NCBI GenBank assembly: GCA_048938295.1
Contig: JBHLMI010000049.1
Location: 1 to 8,335 of the forward strand
Origin: Promethearchaeota archaeon
Lineage (GTDB): Archaea > Asgardarchaeota > Hermodarchaeia > Hermodarchaeales > Hermodarchaeaceae
DNA length: 8,335 nt
Direction: 5' to 3'
Below, one piece after another: positions 1 to 6,708 of the stretch. Position numbers and translations under genes: made by a program. Position 1 is the first letter of the stretch. Each line of letters begins with the position of its first letter. A model generated the notes under the pieces. The model saw only the letters and a list, made by a program, of their open reading frames with translations, did no database searches and was not told the DNA's origin.

Positions 1-80
1 TCGCTAAGAATCATCTCTACTGCCAGAGCGGATTGGGATTCCCTACGCTTAGGTTTGGCAGTTGGTTCTTCTTCGTGCAA
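1..80 (-). CDS. Possible 5' end of a gene running off the left edge (TTG start; MHEEEPTAKPKRRESQSALAVEMILS...), product unknown
   Basis: Reverse complement reads GAGAGG-attcac-TTG (SD-like at 87-92, TTG at 80-78), then 26 open codons to the edge with a charged, protein-like N-terminus. Too short to recognise. Confidence 0.35.
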   Translation of the reverse strand, partial: MHEEEPTAKPKRRESQSALAVEMILS

Positions 81-123
81 GTGAATCCTCTCTTAGGTTC
101 TTATCTAGTGTAGAAATGAGGGA

Positions 124-147
124 AACGGGGACATAAAAATCCCCGTT
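124..147 (-). terminator. Stem-loop terminator candidate for the 175..648 gene
   Basis: Perfect 8-bp inverted repeat AACGGGGA (124-131) / TCCCCGTT (140-147) with an 8-nt loop, 27 nt past the stop codon. On the minus strand it is followed by a pyrimidine-rich run (TCCCTCATTTCT). Confidence 0.6.
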
Positions 148-174
148 CTGGTCTGTAATCCTGGGATAGAACAC

Positions 175-648
175 TTAGATTGTCTTAAGGTCAGCTTCGA
201 TCATTTCACGGGTTTCCTTTTCTTCAACTTCGGCCATAGCCTGTTTCGCAAGCATGAGATACTTGTCTTTGTTTTTTCTGTCGCCTTTCACTTTATATCC
301 ACGGGCGAGCGCTTCGTAGGCATAGGCAAGGTCCCAGTCCTTGATACCTTCCTTTTCACAGATATCGAGGTATGTCTTACCATAATGAATGGCTCGATCT
401 CCATCGCCGAGGACGGCATACACACGGGACAGCTGCCAGTCACCACGGCCAAGGTTAATAGGTGTGGCATCCCATCCGTTTTCAACACGGACTCCCCAAT
501 GATATCGCGAAGCATGAGACGAGTTGACCATCGCATCTTTTTCTTCACCGGTAAGGTCCTTTTTATCCAAATAGCTCCAAGTGTTGTTGAAGAGGTCAAC
601 AGCCATCTTTCTGTGCCATTTTTCAAGAGTGAGTTCTTCATCTGCCAT
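175..648 (-). CDS. Conserved hypothetical alpha-helical (TPR-like) protein, 157 aa
   Basis: ATG at 648 with GGAGGT SD at 657-662. Motifs HRKMAVDLFNxTW, HASRYHW, RGDWQLSRVYAVLG and DWDLAYAYEALAR resemble a widespread uncharacterised prokaryotic family with helical-repeat patterning. Confidence 0.85.
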   Translation of the reverse strand: MADEELTLEKWHRKMAVDLFNNTWSYLDKKDLTGEEKDAMVNSSHASRYHWGVRVENGWDATPINLGRGDWQLSRVYAVLGDGDRAIHYGKTYLDICEKEGIKDWDLAYAYEALARGYKVKGDRKNKDKYLMLAKQAMAEVEEKETREMIEADLKTI

Positions 649-656
649 GTTAATCG

Positions 657-697
657 ACCTCCTATTAGGTAACCAATAATTTAGGTGTACTTAAAAA
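657..697 (-). promoter_or_regulatory. Putative TATA box (TTTTTAAGT, 697-689) and SD (GGAGGT, 662-657) for the 175..648 gene
   Basis: The TATA-like element is about 40 nt upstream of the ATG, consistent with a roughly 20-nt leader carrying the SD. The SD is clear, but the upstream BRE is poor. Confidence 0.4.
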
Positions 698-787
698 TGG
701 ATGAGGTTTTACTAGCATGCGCTTCTCCATCACTGGGTAATGACAATAATGAGAGAGTATTAACAGAAATGCTCAGTTATCCAGTGA

Positions 788-802
788 GACGAAATTTTTA
801 TT
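788..802 (+). promoter_or_regulatory. Putative archaeal BRE-TATA promoter for the longin gene
   Basis: GACGAAA (purine/A-rich, BRE-like) sits directly before TTTTTATT (795-802), in the divergent intergenic region about 110 nt upstream of ATG 913. AAATAAATAT at 847-856 is an alternative TATA candidate. Confidence 0.35.
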
Positions 803-912
803 CGGAACCGTGCTAACACTGAAAGAGCAGCTAGGCAGTCCGACTGAAATAAATATCGGAAGCCTGGGCAGGGAGTTCACGAGCAATAAAGAGCTAGTGG
901 AGATCGGAGAAG

Positions 913-1680
913 ATGATTAAAGCCATATTCATCGTGCTCAACGGTGCTTACGCATTTTCAAGGCAGTACACCGACAAAATTGACCCACACATGCTCTCCG
1001 GACTGCTAACTGCGTTTCGGGTTTCATCGAAGGAATTTGCCACTGGCGAGTTTCGGCAAGCTAAATTTGAAGGCTCCGAAGTCGTGGTTGACGGACTTAC
1101 TGAACGGCCAAATGACTTTGTAGCAATCTTTGCGACCCCAGATGAGCGCTCCACGGATTTAACCAATCTGATGGCCCTCATTAAAACAGCTTTTATCAGC
1201 GATTACGGCGATCGCATCCATACTTGGAATAGTTTACAGGGACCCTTTGCAGACTTTGAACCCACCATTGACCAATTGATCGCCGGATGTATTTGGTGTG
1301 ATACCGAAGAAATAATGGAGCCACCAACAGTTACCTTCACCACGGATCTGATGCCAGCTAAGGAAACGGTGTATCGCGGCAACTCTCTCAACATCAAATA
1401 CTTCATCCACAATAGTAGCAGCAAGTCCATCTACCTAACTGCCATTGTCAACGCCATTCCACACCTGTTCGAACTGGACGGGTTAACCAAGAATGTGATC
1501 CTTCGCAGCACTGCGTTCCTCCGCAACCAGCAACTTAAGCCTAACGAAGCCCATGAATCCATCATCCCCATCAAAGCACGGCGAATCGGGCACACCGAAG
1601 TCGCCCCGATTCTTTTCATCACCCAGGGCAATCAAGCGTTTACTGTACTGGGTGAAAATCGTGAAATGGACATCATCTAG
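913..1680 (+). CDS. Longin-domain protein with a C-terminal Ig-like beta-sandwich domain (Asgard-type), 255 aa
   Basis: aa 1-125 follow the longin order b-b-a-b-b-b-a-a (IKAIFIV, YAFSRQY, DPHMLSGLLTAF, FRQAKF, EVVVD, FVAIFA, LMALIKTAFISDYG, W-N...FADFEPTIDQLI), typical of Asgard longins. aa ~139-255 show Ig-like patterning (YRGNSLNIKYFIHN...LKPNEAHESIIPIKARRIG). GGAG at 899-902; an in-frame stop at 895-897 fixes the start region. Confidence 0.8.
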   Translation: MIKAIFIVLNGAYAFSRQYTDKIDPHMLSGLLTAFRVSSKEFATGEFRQAKFEGSEVVVDGLTERPNDFVAIFATPDERSTDLTNLMALIKTAFISDYGDRIHTWNSLQGPFADFEPTIDQLIAGCIWCDTEEIMEPPTVTFTTDLMPAKETVYRGNSLNIKYFIHNSSSKSIYLTAIVNAIPHLFELDGLTKNVILRSTAFLRNQQLKPNEAHESIIPIKARRIGHTEVAPILFITQGNQAFTVLGENREMDII

Positions 1681-1771
1681 CGGAGAGGGTTTTGCGACCG
1701 TTCATGCTTCTTAACTTCAACCACGCATGGGGTGGTGGTCAACTTGTTGAAGTCAGATTTTCTTCGATTAC

Positions 1772-1975
1772 ATGATAACCATGCAACCACCCAAGAGGTG
1801 GCATAATTGCTGTTCACCCAATTTAAGCAACTGCCTGCGAACTGATGTTAGGTACGGACTAATCTCTCCCAGCGTAGACCCCTTACACTTTACTTATGTT
1901 TGTCTAGACTGTAGTTTCGTCCACACTTTTACAGGTATGCGAACATGGACTAGACTATGCAAGAAAAGCAAATAG
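1772..1975 (+). CDS. Possible Cys-rich (zinc-ribbon-like) microprotein, 64-67 aa
   Basis: The only ORF of 60 aa or more in the 317-nt gap between convergent genes. It has HNCC near the N-terminus and YVCLDCSF later. No SD is seen, so it could be spurious. Confidence 0.3.
   Translation: MITMQPPKRWHNCCSPNLSNCLRTDVRYGLISPSVDPLHFTYVCLDCSFVHTFTGMRTWTRLCKKSK
1961..1975 (-). terminator. Possible U-rich archaeal terminator of the hdr/mvh operon
   Basis: The minus strand reads ...ATTTGCTTTTCTT about 25-35 nt after the mvhA stop. No strong hairpin. Confidence 0.3.
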
Positions 1976-1997
1976 CAGTTCTCGCTGATATAGAAGC

Positions 1998-3368
1998 CTA
2001 TTGAATCAACTCTATCATATGCACTGAACAGCTTATGCAAGGGTCGTAGGCTCGGACGAGTGGCTCAAGTTTTTGTGCTACGGTGTTGTGGCTTTCTGGT
2101 GCGGGTTTGAGGAGCTCGGGGAGGAGTTCTTGGGCTTTGGCTTGGATGGCGTGTTCAATGGTGCGGACGTTTTGTCCGGTGGCGATCATGCAGTTGACTT
2201 TGGTGATGATGCCCTCGTCGTTGGTCCAGTAGTTGTGGAAGAGAGTACCGCGGGGGGCTTCGACGACACCGACGCCTTCGCCAGCACGGGGTTCGGTGGG
2301 GACGCGGTAGTTGTCTTCTTGAAGGGTGGAATCTTCGATGAGAGTGATAGCCTGTTCGACTGCGCTGACTAATTCGGTGGAACGGGCGAGGTTATAGGCG
2401 ATGGGGTCGTGGACGGGTTTACTTACAAATAGCTCATAGAGTTGATCGTGGTACCCTTGAGCGAGGTCGCTGGCCATTTGTTTGGCGACATTGAGTCGGG
2501 CGAGGGGGCCGACGCGATAGTTGCCTTTGTCGGGTCCGAGGTCTTTAATGAAGGGGTATTTGACGGTGGTATAGGGCATAGCGTCTTCGGCAATGTATTT
2601 CGCGTAATCTTTGGGCAAAAAGTCGTGAAGTTTCTTTCCTTCGGGGGTGATGAAGCGGAGCGTACCATCATAGATATCATGGACCCCCTTATTGTGCAGA
2701 CCAAGGTAATGGGTTGGGTCACTAAGATAGTAGCCAACCTTGTTGTCAGCTTTCGGGGCGAGTTTAAAATAGAGATCTGCAATAGCTTGAGCGGTTTTCA
2801 AAGCTTTGGGAGCTTGTTTGGCTAATTTATCGCGTTCTTCTTCGGGTAATGGTCCAGCCATCCCCCCTGGAACAGCTGTGCAGGGGTGGATCATGCGTCC
2901 TCCAACGGCTTTGATGATGTTTTGGCCGAACATCCGTAGTTCGATTCCGACCTTGGCAAGTTTGGGATCCTTTGCAGCCACTGCTAAAACGTTTGGAGTG
3001 TCGGGAGTGAGAAAATCTGGTAGCGCTAGGTAGACTTGATGAAGGGCGTGGCTATGGATGTATTCGCCAAAATTTTCAAGGTGGCGAAGCTTGACAGCTT
3101 GTGCTGGTGGTGTGACGCCCCAGGCTGCTTCGACCGCCTTGACTGAGCCGAGATGGTGGGCAACCGAACAGATTCCACAAATCCGTTCAGAGAGTTGGGG
3201 AGCATCTTCGGCGGGAATGCCTTCCATGAAACGTTCGAACATCCGTGGGGATTCGATAATGTGGAAGTGGCATTGGTTAAGTTTGCCACCGCTGACATCT
3301 AACGTGATTTTGGCGTGTCCTTCCAGGCGGGTCATGGGTTCGAATTCGATGTGTTTGGGTTTACTCAT
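1998..3368 (-). CDS. mvhA: [NiFe]-hydrogenase large subunit (MvhA-like, group 3), 456 aa
   Basis: N-terminal EPMTRLEGH, L1 motif RICGICSVAH, GVGVVEAPRGTLFH, and L2 motif RAYDPCISCSVH plus a 6-aa tail. The true start is ATG 3368 (ATGA overlap with the mvhG stop; GGAGTGA SD at 3376-3382), not 3545. Confidence 0.93.
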   Translation of the reverse strand: MSKPKHIEFEPMTRLEGHAKITLDVSGGKLNQCHFHIIESPRMFERFMEGIPAEDAPQLSERICGICSVAHHLGSVKAVEAAWGVTPPAQAVKLRHLENFGEYIHSHALHQVYLALPDFLTPDTPNVLAVAAKDPKLAKVGIELRMFGQNIIKAVGGRMIHPCTAVPGGMAGPLPEEERDKLAKQAPKALKTAQAIADLYFKLAPKADNKVGYYLSDPTHYLGLHNKGVHDIYDGTLRFITPEGKKLHDFLPKDYAKYIAEDAMPYTTVKYPFIKDLGPDKGNYRVGPLARLNVAKQMASDLAQGYHDQLYELFVSKPVHDPIAYNLARSTELVSAVEQAITLIEDSTLQEDNYRVPTEPRAGEGVGVVEAPRGTLFHNYWTNDEGIITKVNCMIATGQNVRTIEHAIQAKAQELLPELLKPAPESHNTVAQKLEPLVRAYDPCISCSVHMIELIQ

Positions 3369-4246
3369 TTTTTCCTCACTCCTTTCCGTAAGTTGTCGAG
3401 TTTGGATGAAGCGTAAGTGTACCGGGCAAAGGTTCCAGCAAGGCGGGGTAATTTGAAGTTGGCAATTTGGTCCTCTTCCATTGCCGCTAATGCGTCCAGC
3501 ATAGCGACTCCTTGGTCCCAGACGGTTTCCGAGGGACCGCGGCAACCGGTACAGGGCATGTTACGACGGGTGCATTCGGCATTACAACCTGCGCGGGTGG
3601 CAGGGCCCATGCAAAGAAAGCCTTGAGAGAGGAGACAGGTTCCGGGTTCAGGAATTTCATGGGTGCGCCGCAGCTGTTTGGGTTTCTCGGTTAATCGTTC
3701 GAGGGGACACTCGTCACAGATGCTTTTCTTGGAAAGTTGGGGTGTTTCTCCGGCTAGTAGAGTAGTAATTACTTTGGCGATTTCATCAGGGTGGGGAGGA
3801 CAGCCTGGGATGACGAAATCAACTTTGACAACGTCACTGAGGCGAAGGTCGGCGGGAAGGACTTGTGGCACATTCTCGTGGGGAACCATCTTCTGCGCCA
3901 TTAGCACTGTTTTATGATATACATACTCAACACCTTCTTGGGCGTTGAAGGTATTAGCGAGGCCATTTACTCCGCCGTGGGCTGAGCAGGCGCCAAAGGC
4001 AATAAGGAATTTTGCTTGTTTACGCATGGCTTTGGCCATTTCTTGGTCGTGGTCTGTGCGAATACTGCCTTCGATAAGGGCTACGTCAATGTTAGGGGGT
4101 ATCGGGTTCTTAGTGTCTACAATGGGATAGGAGTAGACGATTTCGACGTCTTTGAGCAGGTCGAGGAGAGCTGTACCAGTATCGAGTAACGCGATGTGGC
4201 AGCCACTACAACCGGCCATACCCATGGTTGCGATGCGGACGGTCAT
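3365..4246 (-). CDS. mvhG: F420-non-reducing [NiFe]-hydrogenase small subunit, 293 aa
   Basis: GCSGCH, EGS, FGACSAHGG, PGCPP, SICDECP, CLLSQGFLCMGPATRAGC and CTGCRGP Fe-S motifs. Start is ATG 4246 (ATGA overlap with the mvhD stop; GAGGTGA SD at 4254-4260). Confidence 0.93.
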   Translation of the reverse strand: MTVRIATMGMAGCSGCHIALLDTGTALLDLLKDVEIVYSYPIVDTKNPIPPNIDVALIEGSIRTDHDQEMAKAMRKQAKFLIAFGACSAHGGVNGLANTFNAQEGVEYVYHKTVLMAQKMVPHENVPQVLPADLRLSDVVKVDFVIPGCPPHPDEIAKVITTLLAGETPQLSKKSICDECPLERLTEKPKQLRRTHEIPEPGTCLLSQGFLCMGPATRAGCNAECTRRNMPCTGCRGPSETVWDQGVAMLDALAAMEEDQIANFKLPRLAGTFARYTYASSKLDNLRKGVRKK

Positions 4247-4719
4247 TCGCACTTCACCTCTGGTTTCATTTTCTTCAGCGGATTAGGCCCCAGTTTTAAA
4301 ATTCGTTGATAAAACGACGAGGTAGTTTCTACCCATCTGTTAGCCATCCCTGCGCTCATTAGTTCAAAAATTAGACGACCACCGAGTCCAATGTCTTCGA
4401 GATCTTGTGCCAATTTCTGCATCCGCTTTTCAGCGTGGTAGTTTCCCGTGACGAAGTGGCATTGATCTTTAAGACAGCCAGTTACCATGACACCATCCGC
4501 GCCTTCTCGAAGGACTTCAAGTACATGGAGCGGATCAACTCGACCTGAGCAGGGAACACGGATGATCTCCACATTCACGGGATAGGACAGTTTACTGGTT
4601 CCAGCAAGATCAGCCGCGCCATAGGAGCAATAGTGGCAGCAGAAGCTAACGATTCGTGGCTCAAAAGCCGGTTTGGGCTTTGCCAATGCTTTTACAGATT
4701 TCGTTTTGCTTTTACTCAT
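4243..4719 (-). CDS. mvhD: [2Fe-2S] hydrogenase delta subunit MvhD/FlpD, 158 aa
   Basis: FCCHYCSYGAADLAG, RVPCSGRVD, EGADGVMVTGC and CHFVTGN motifs. The ATG overlaps the hdrA TGA. There is a Lys-rich N-terminal extension. Confidence 0.95.
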   Translation of the reverse strand: MSKSKTKSVKALAKPKPAFEPRIVSFCCHYCSYGAADLAGTSKLSYPVNVEIIRVPCSGRVDPLHVLEVLREGADGVMVTGCLKDQCHFVTGNYHAEKRMQKLAQDLEDIGLGGRLIFELMSAGMANRWVETTSSFYQRILKLGPNPLKKMKPEVKCE

Positions 4720-6704
4720 TTTTTAGATGCCCCTATATTGGCTAGAAGGCCTTCAATTTGAGAGTAAATCTGTTTGTCGCGGTAGTGTCGGAGTTGAATG
4801 GCTTCGGCGGGACATTCGACGACGCAGATACCACAGCCTTTACAAGCAACTTCAATGGTTTTGGCGACACCGCCTTCCATGTAGATGGCACTGTATGGAC
4901 AGACCGCGTAGCAGTTGGCACAGCCGATACAGAGGGATTCATCGACGATGGATTTAGCAAGATCCACTTCAACTTCTCCTTTGCTCATTGGGATGGCGGC
5001 ATGAGAAGCTGCAGCAGCACCCATGAAGGAGGATTCAGCGATGTCTCGTGGACTGCTGCAAGCGCCAGCGAGGAAGATCCCATTGGTTGTTGTGTCAACT
5101 GGTGCGAGTTTCAGATGATATTCTCGGAAGAATCCATCTAAATCCACTTCTAAATTCAGGGTATGGGCGAGTTCCTTGGCTCCGCTGTCGGGAATCATGG
5201 CGGCGGATAAGACGAGTAAATCTACGGGGAATTGCTCTTGCGTGCCGTTATGATGGTCGACGGTCAGGTTCAGACTCTTGCTATTATCCTCTTTGACATC
5301 TGTAATATCTGCACGATGGAATTTTACACCTAGACGTTGTGCATCCAGATAATAGCGTTCATACTCTTTACCTTGGAGCCGAATGTCTTTGTAGAATATA
5401 GTAACCTGGGTGTCGGGCCAATGTTCTTTAATGTAGACTGCATGTTTCATCGCGACTTGACAACAAACGCGGGAACAGTGAGAATAGTAATTCGGGTCAC
5501 GACTGCCAACACACTGAATCATCCCGACCCTTTTTGGTAATTTCTTATCCGAAATACGTCGTAGTTGTCCGTCAGTAGGACTCATAGGATCGAGGATTCG
5601 GGCAAGCATGAATTGAGAAATGACATTGGGGAATTCGCCATACCCATACATTCCTTCTGGTTTAAAAACATCATAACCTGTGGCAACAATCACTGTCCCC
5701 ACATTAATATCGGTATCTTTTGGTTGTTCGTCAAGATGAATCGCGTTGACTGGGCAGATTTGTTCACATTTGCCACATTTCGTGCAGGTATCAAAATCAA
5801 TCACAGGGGCTCTTGGAACAGCTTGAGGATAGGGATAGTAGATGGCTTTCCGATTGGCTAATCCATAATTATGTTCGTCGGGAACTTCAACCGGGCAGAC
5901 CTCCATACATTTGCCACAGAGCGTGCAAGTATCGATGTCCACACCCCGAGGTTTGCTATGAAGTCGAGCTTGGAAGTTACCAATATAGCCACTAAATTGT
6001 GTAACCTCCGTTTGTGTATACACGTTAATTTTAGGGTCATTGAGAAGGATCCGCTTTGACAAACATTTACGCGCCATTTCTCCATGGCGCGGTGGAACAC
6101 AGACTCCGCAAGTATCAGTCATGAAGACGAAGCCTAATTGTGCTGATTTTCCACCAAGTGCTGGACTACGTTCAACCAGATGCACTTCATAACCATTATC
6201 AGCGAGAAGTGTTGTTGCTGTAATTCCAGCGATTCCTGCTCCAATGATCATACAAACGGGAGGTACTTTTTGTGTTGTTGAGCCAATGGGTTCAAGTTCT
6301 GCTGCGCGATAGACTCCAGCACGGATGAGGTCTTTAGCTTTCTCTGTTGCTTTAGCGTAGTCGTCTTTTTGTTTCATGTGAGCCCAGGAGACTTGTTCGC
6401 GAATATTGACCATTTCAAAAAAGAAGGGATTGATTCCGGCCTCTAATACGGTTCGACGGAACGTGGGTTCATGTAATTTTGGACTACAAGATGCCACAAT
6501 GACGCGATTAAGCTTATGTTTCTTGATGTGCTTTTTGATGATATTTTGCCCTTCCTCTGAACAGGTAAAAAGCTGCCATCCAGCATAAGCAACATGAGGA
6601 AGGCCCTTTGCATATTCAGCAACGGCAGGAACATCAACAACTTTGGCAATATTGGTACCACATTTACAGACAAAAACACCGATTCGTGGTTTTTCGATCG
6701 TCAT
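4716..6704 (-). CDS. hdrA: Heterodisulfide reductase subunit A-like flavoprotein (complete, stand-alone), 662 aa
   Basis: N-terminal GVFVCKCGTNI and CSPKLHE, FAD-binding IGAGIAG, inserted 2x[4Fe-4S] domain (CTLCGKCMEVCP, CTKCGKCEQICP), QCVGSRD...CSRVCC, LAGACSSPRDI, and C-terminal ferredoxin (CIGCANCYAVCP, CKGCGICVVECP). True start is ATG 6704 with GGAGG at 6713-6717. Confidence 0.95.
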   Translation of the reverse strand: MTIEKPRIGVFVCKCGTNIAKVVDVPAVAEYAKGLPHVAYAGWQLFTCSEEGQNIIKKHIKKHKLNRVIVASCSPKLHEPTFRRTVLEAGINPFFFEMVNIREQVSWAHMKQKDDYAKATEKAKDLIRAGVYRAAELEPIGSTTQKVPPVCMIIGAGIAGITATTLLADNGYEVHLVERSPALGGKSAQLGFVFMTDTCGVCVPPRHGEMARKCLSKRILLNDPKINVYTQTEVTQFSGYIGNFQARLHSKPRGVDIDTCTLCGKCMEVCPVEVPDEHNYGLANRKAIYYPYPQAVPRAPVIDFDTCTKCGKCEQICPVNAIHLDEQPKDTDINVGTVIVATGYDVFKPEGMYGYGEFPNVISQFMLARILDPMSPTDGQLRRISDKKLPKRVGMIQCVGSRDPNYYSHCSRVCCQVAMKHAVYIKEHWPDTQVTIFYKDIRLQGKEYERYYLDAQRLGVKFHRADITDVKEDNSKSLNLTVDHHNGTQEQFPVDLLVLSAAMIPDSGAKELAHTLNLEVDLDGFFREYHLKLAPVDTTTNGIFLAGACSSPRDIAESSFMGAAAASHAAIPMSKGEVEVDLAKSIVDESLCIGCANCYAVCPYSAIYMEGGVAKTIEVACKGCGICVVECPAEAIQLRHYRDKQIYSQIEGLLANIGASKK

Positions 6705-6708
6705 TTTC

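Noticed and set aside
665-686. TTAGGT direct repeat (665-670, 681-686)
   Set aside because: Only a hexamer, and it also occurs at unrelated positions in the window, so chance is likely.
288-1631. ORFs 288..641, 385..672, 948..1181, 1203..1430 and 1431..1631
   Set aside because: They overlap the better-supported 157-aa and 255-aa genes and have no family-like features.
1714-1753. 8-bp inverted repeat ACTTCAAC / GTTGAAGT as an ncRNA, SECIS or terminator
   Set aside because: The 24-nt interior pairs poorly, and there is no U-tract or SECIS core.
1727-1771. Upstream ATG with an in-frame TGA (MGWWSTC-TGA-SQIFFDY) continuing into the 67-aa ORF, as a possible selenoprotein
   Set aside because: No recognisable selenoprotein motif, no SD, and no convincing SECIS. 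The downstream ORF is itself uncertain.
1678-1806. 41 open codons after the longin gene TAG (possible pyrrolysine or readthrough)
   Set aside because: The extension has no recognisable features, the Ig-like domain appears complete before the stop, and this length is expected by chance.
3369-3545. 59-aa N-terminal extension of the 515-aa mvhA ORF call
   Set aside because: It overlaps the mvhG coding sequence. The homologous region starts at MSKPK (3368), which has an SD and an ATGA overlap.
4247-4252. GTG start of mvhG at 4252
   Set aside because: It lies directly against the SD. ATG 4246 has 7-nt SD spacing and overlaps the mvhD stop.
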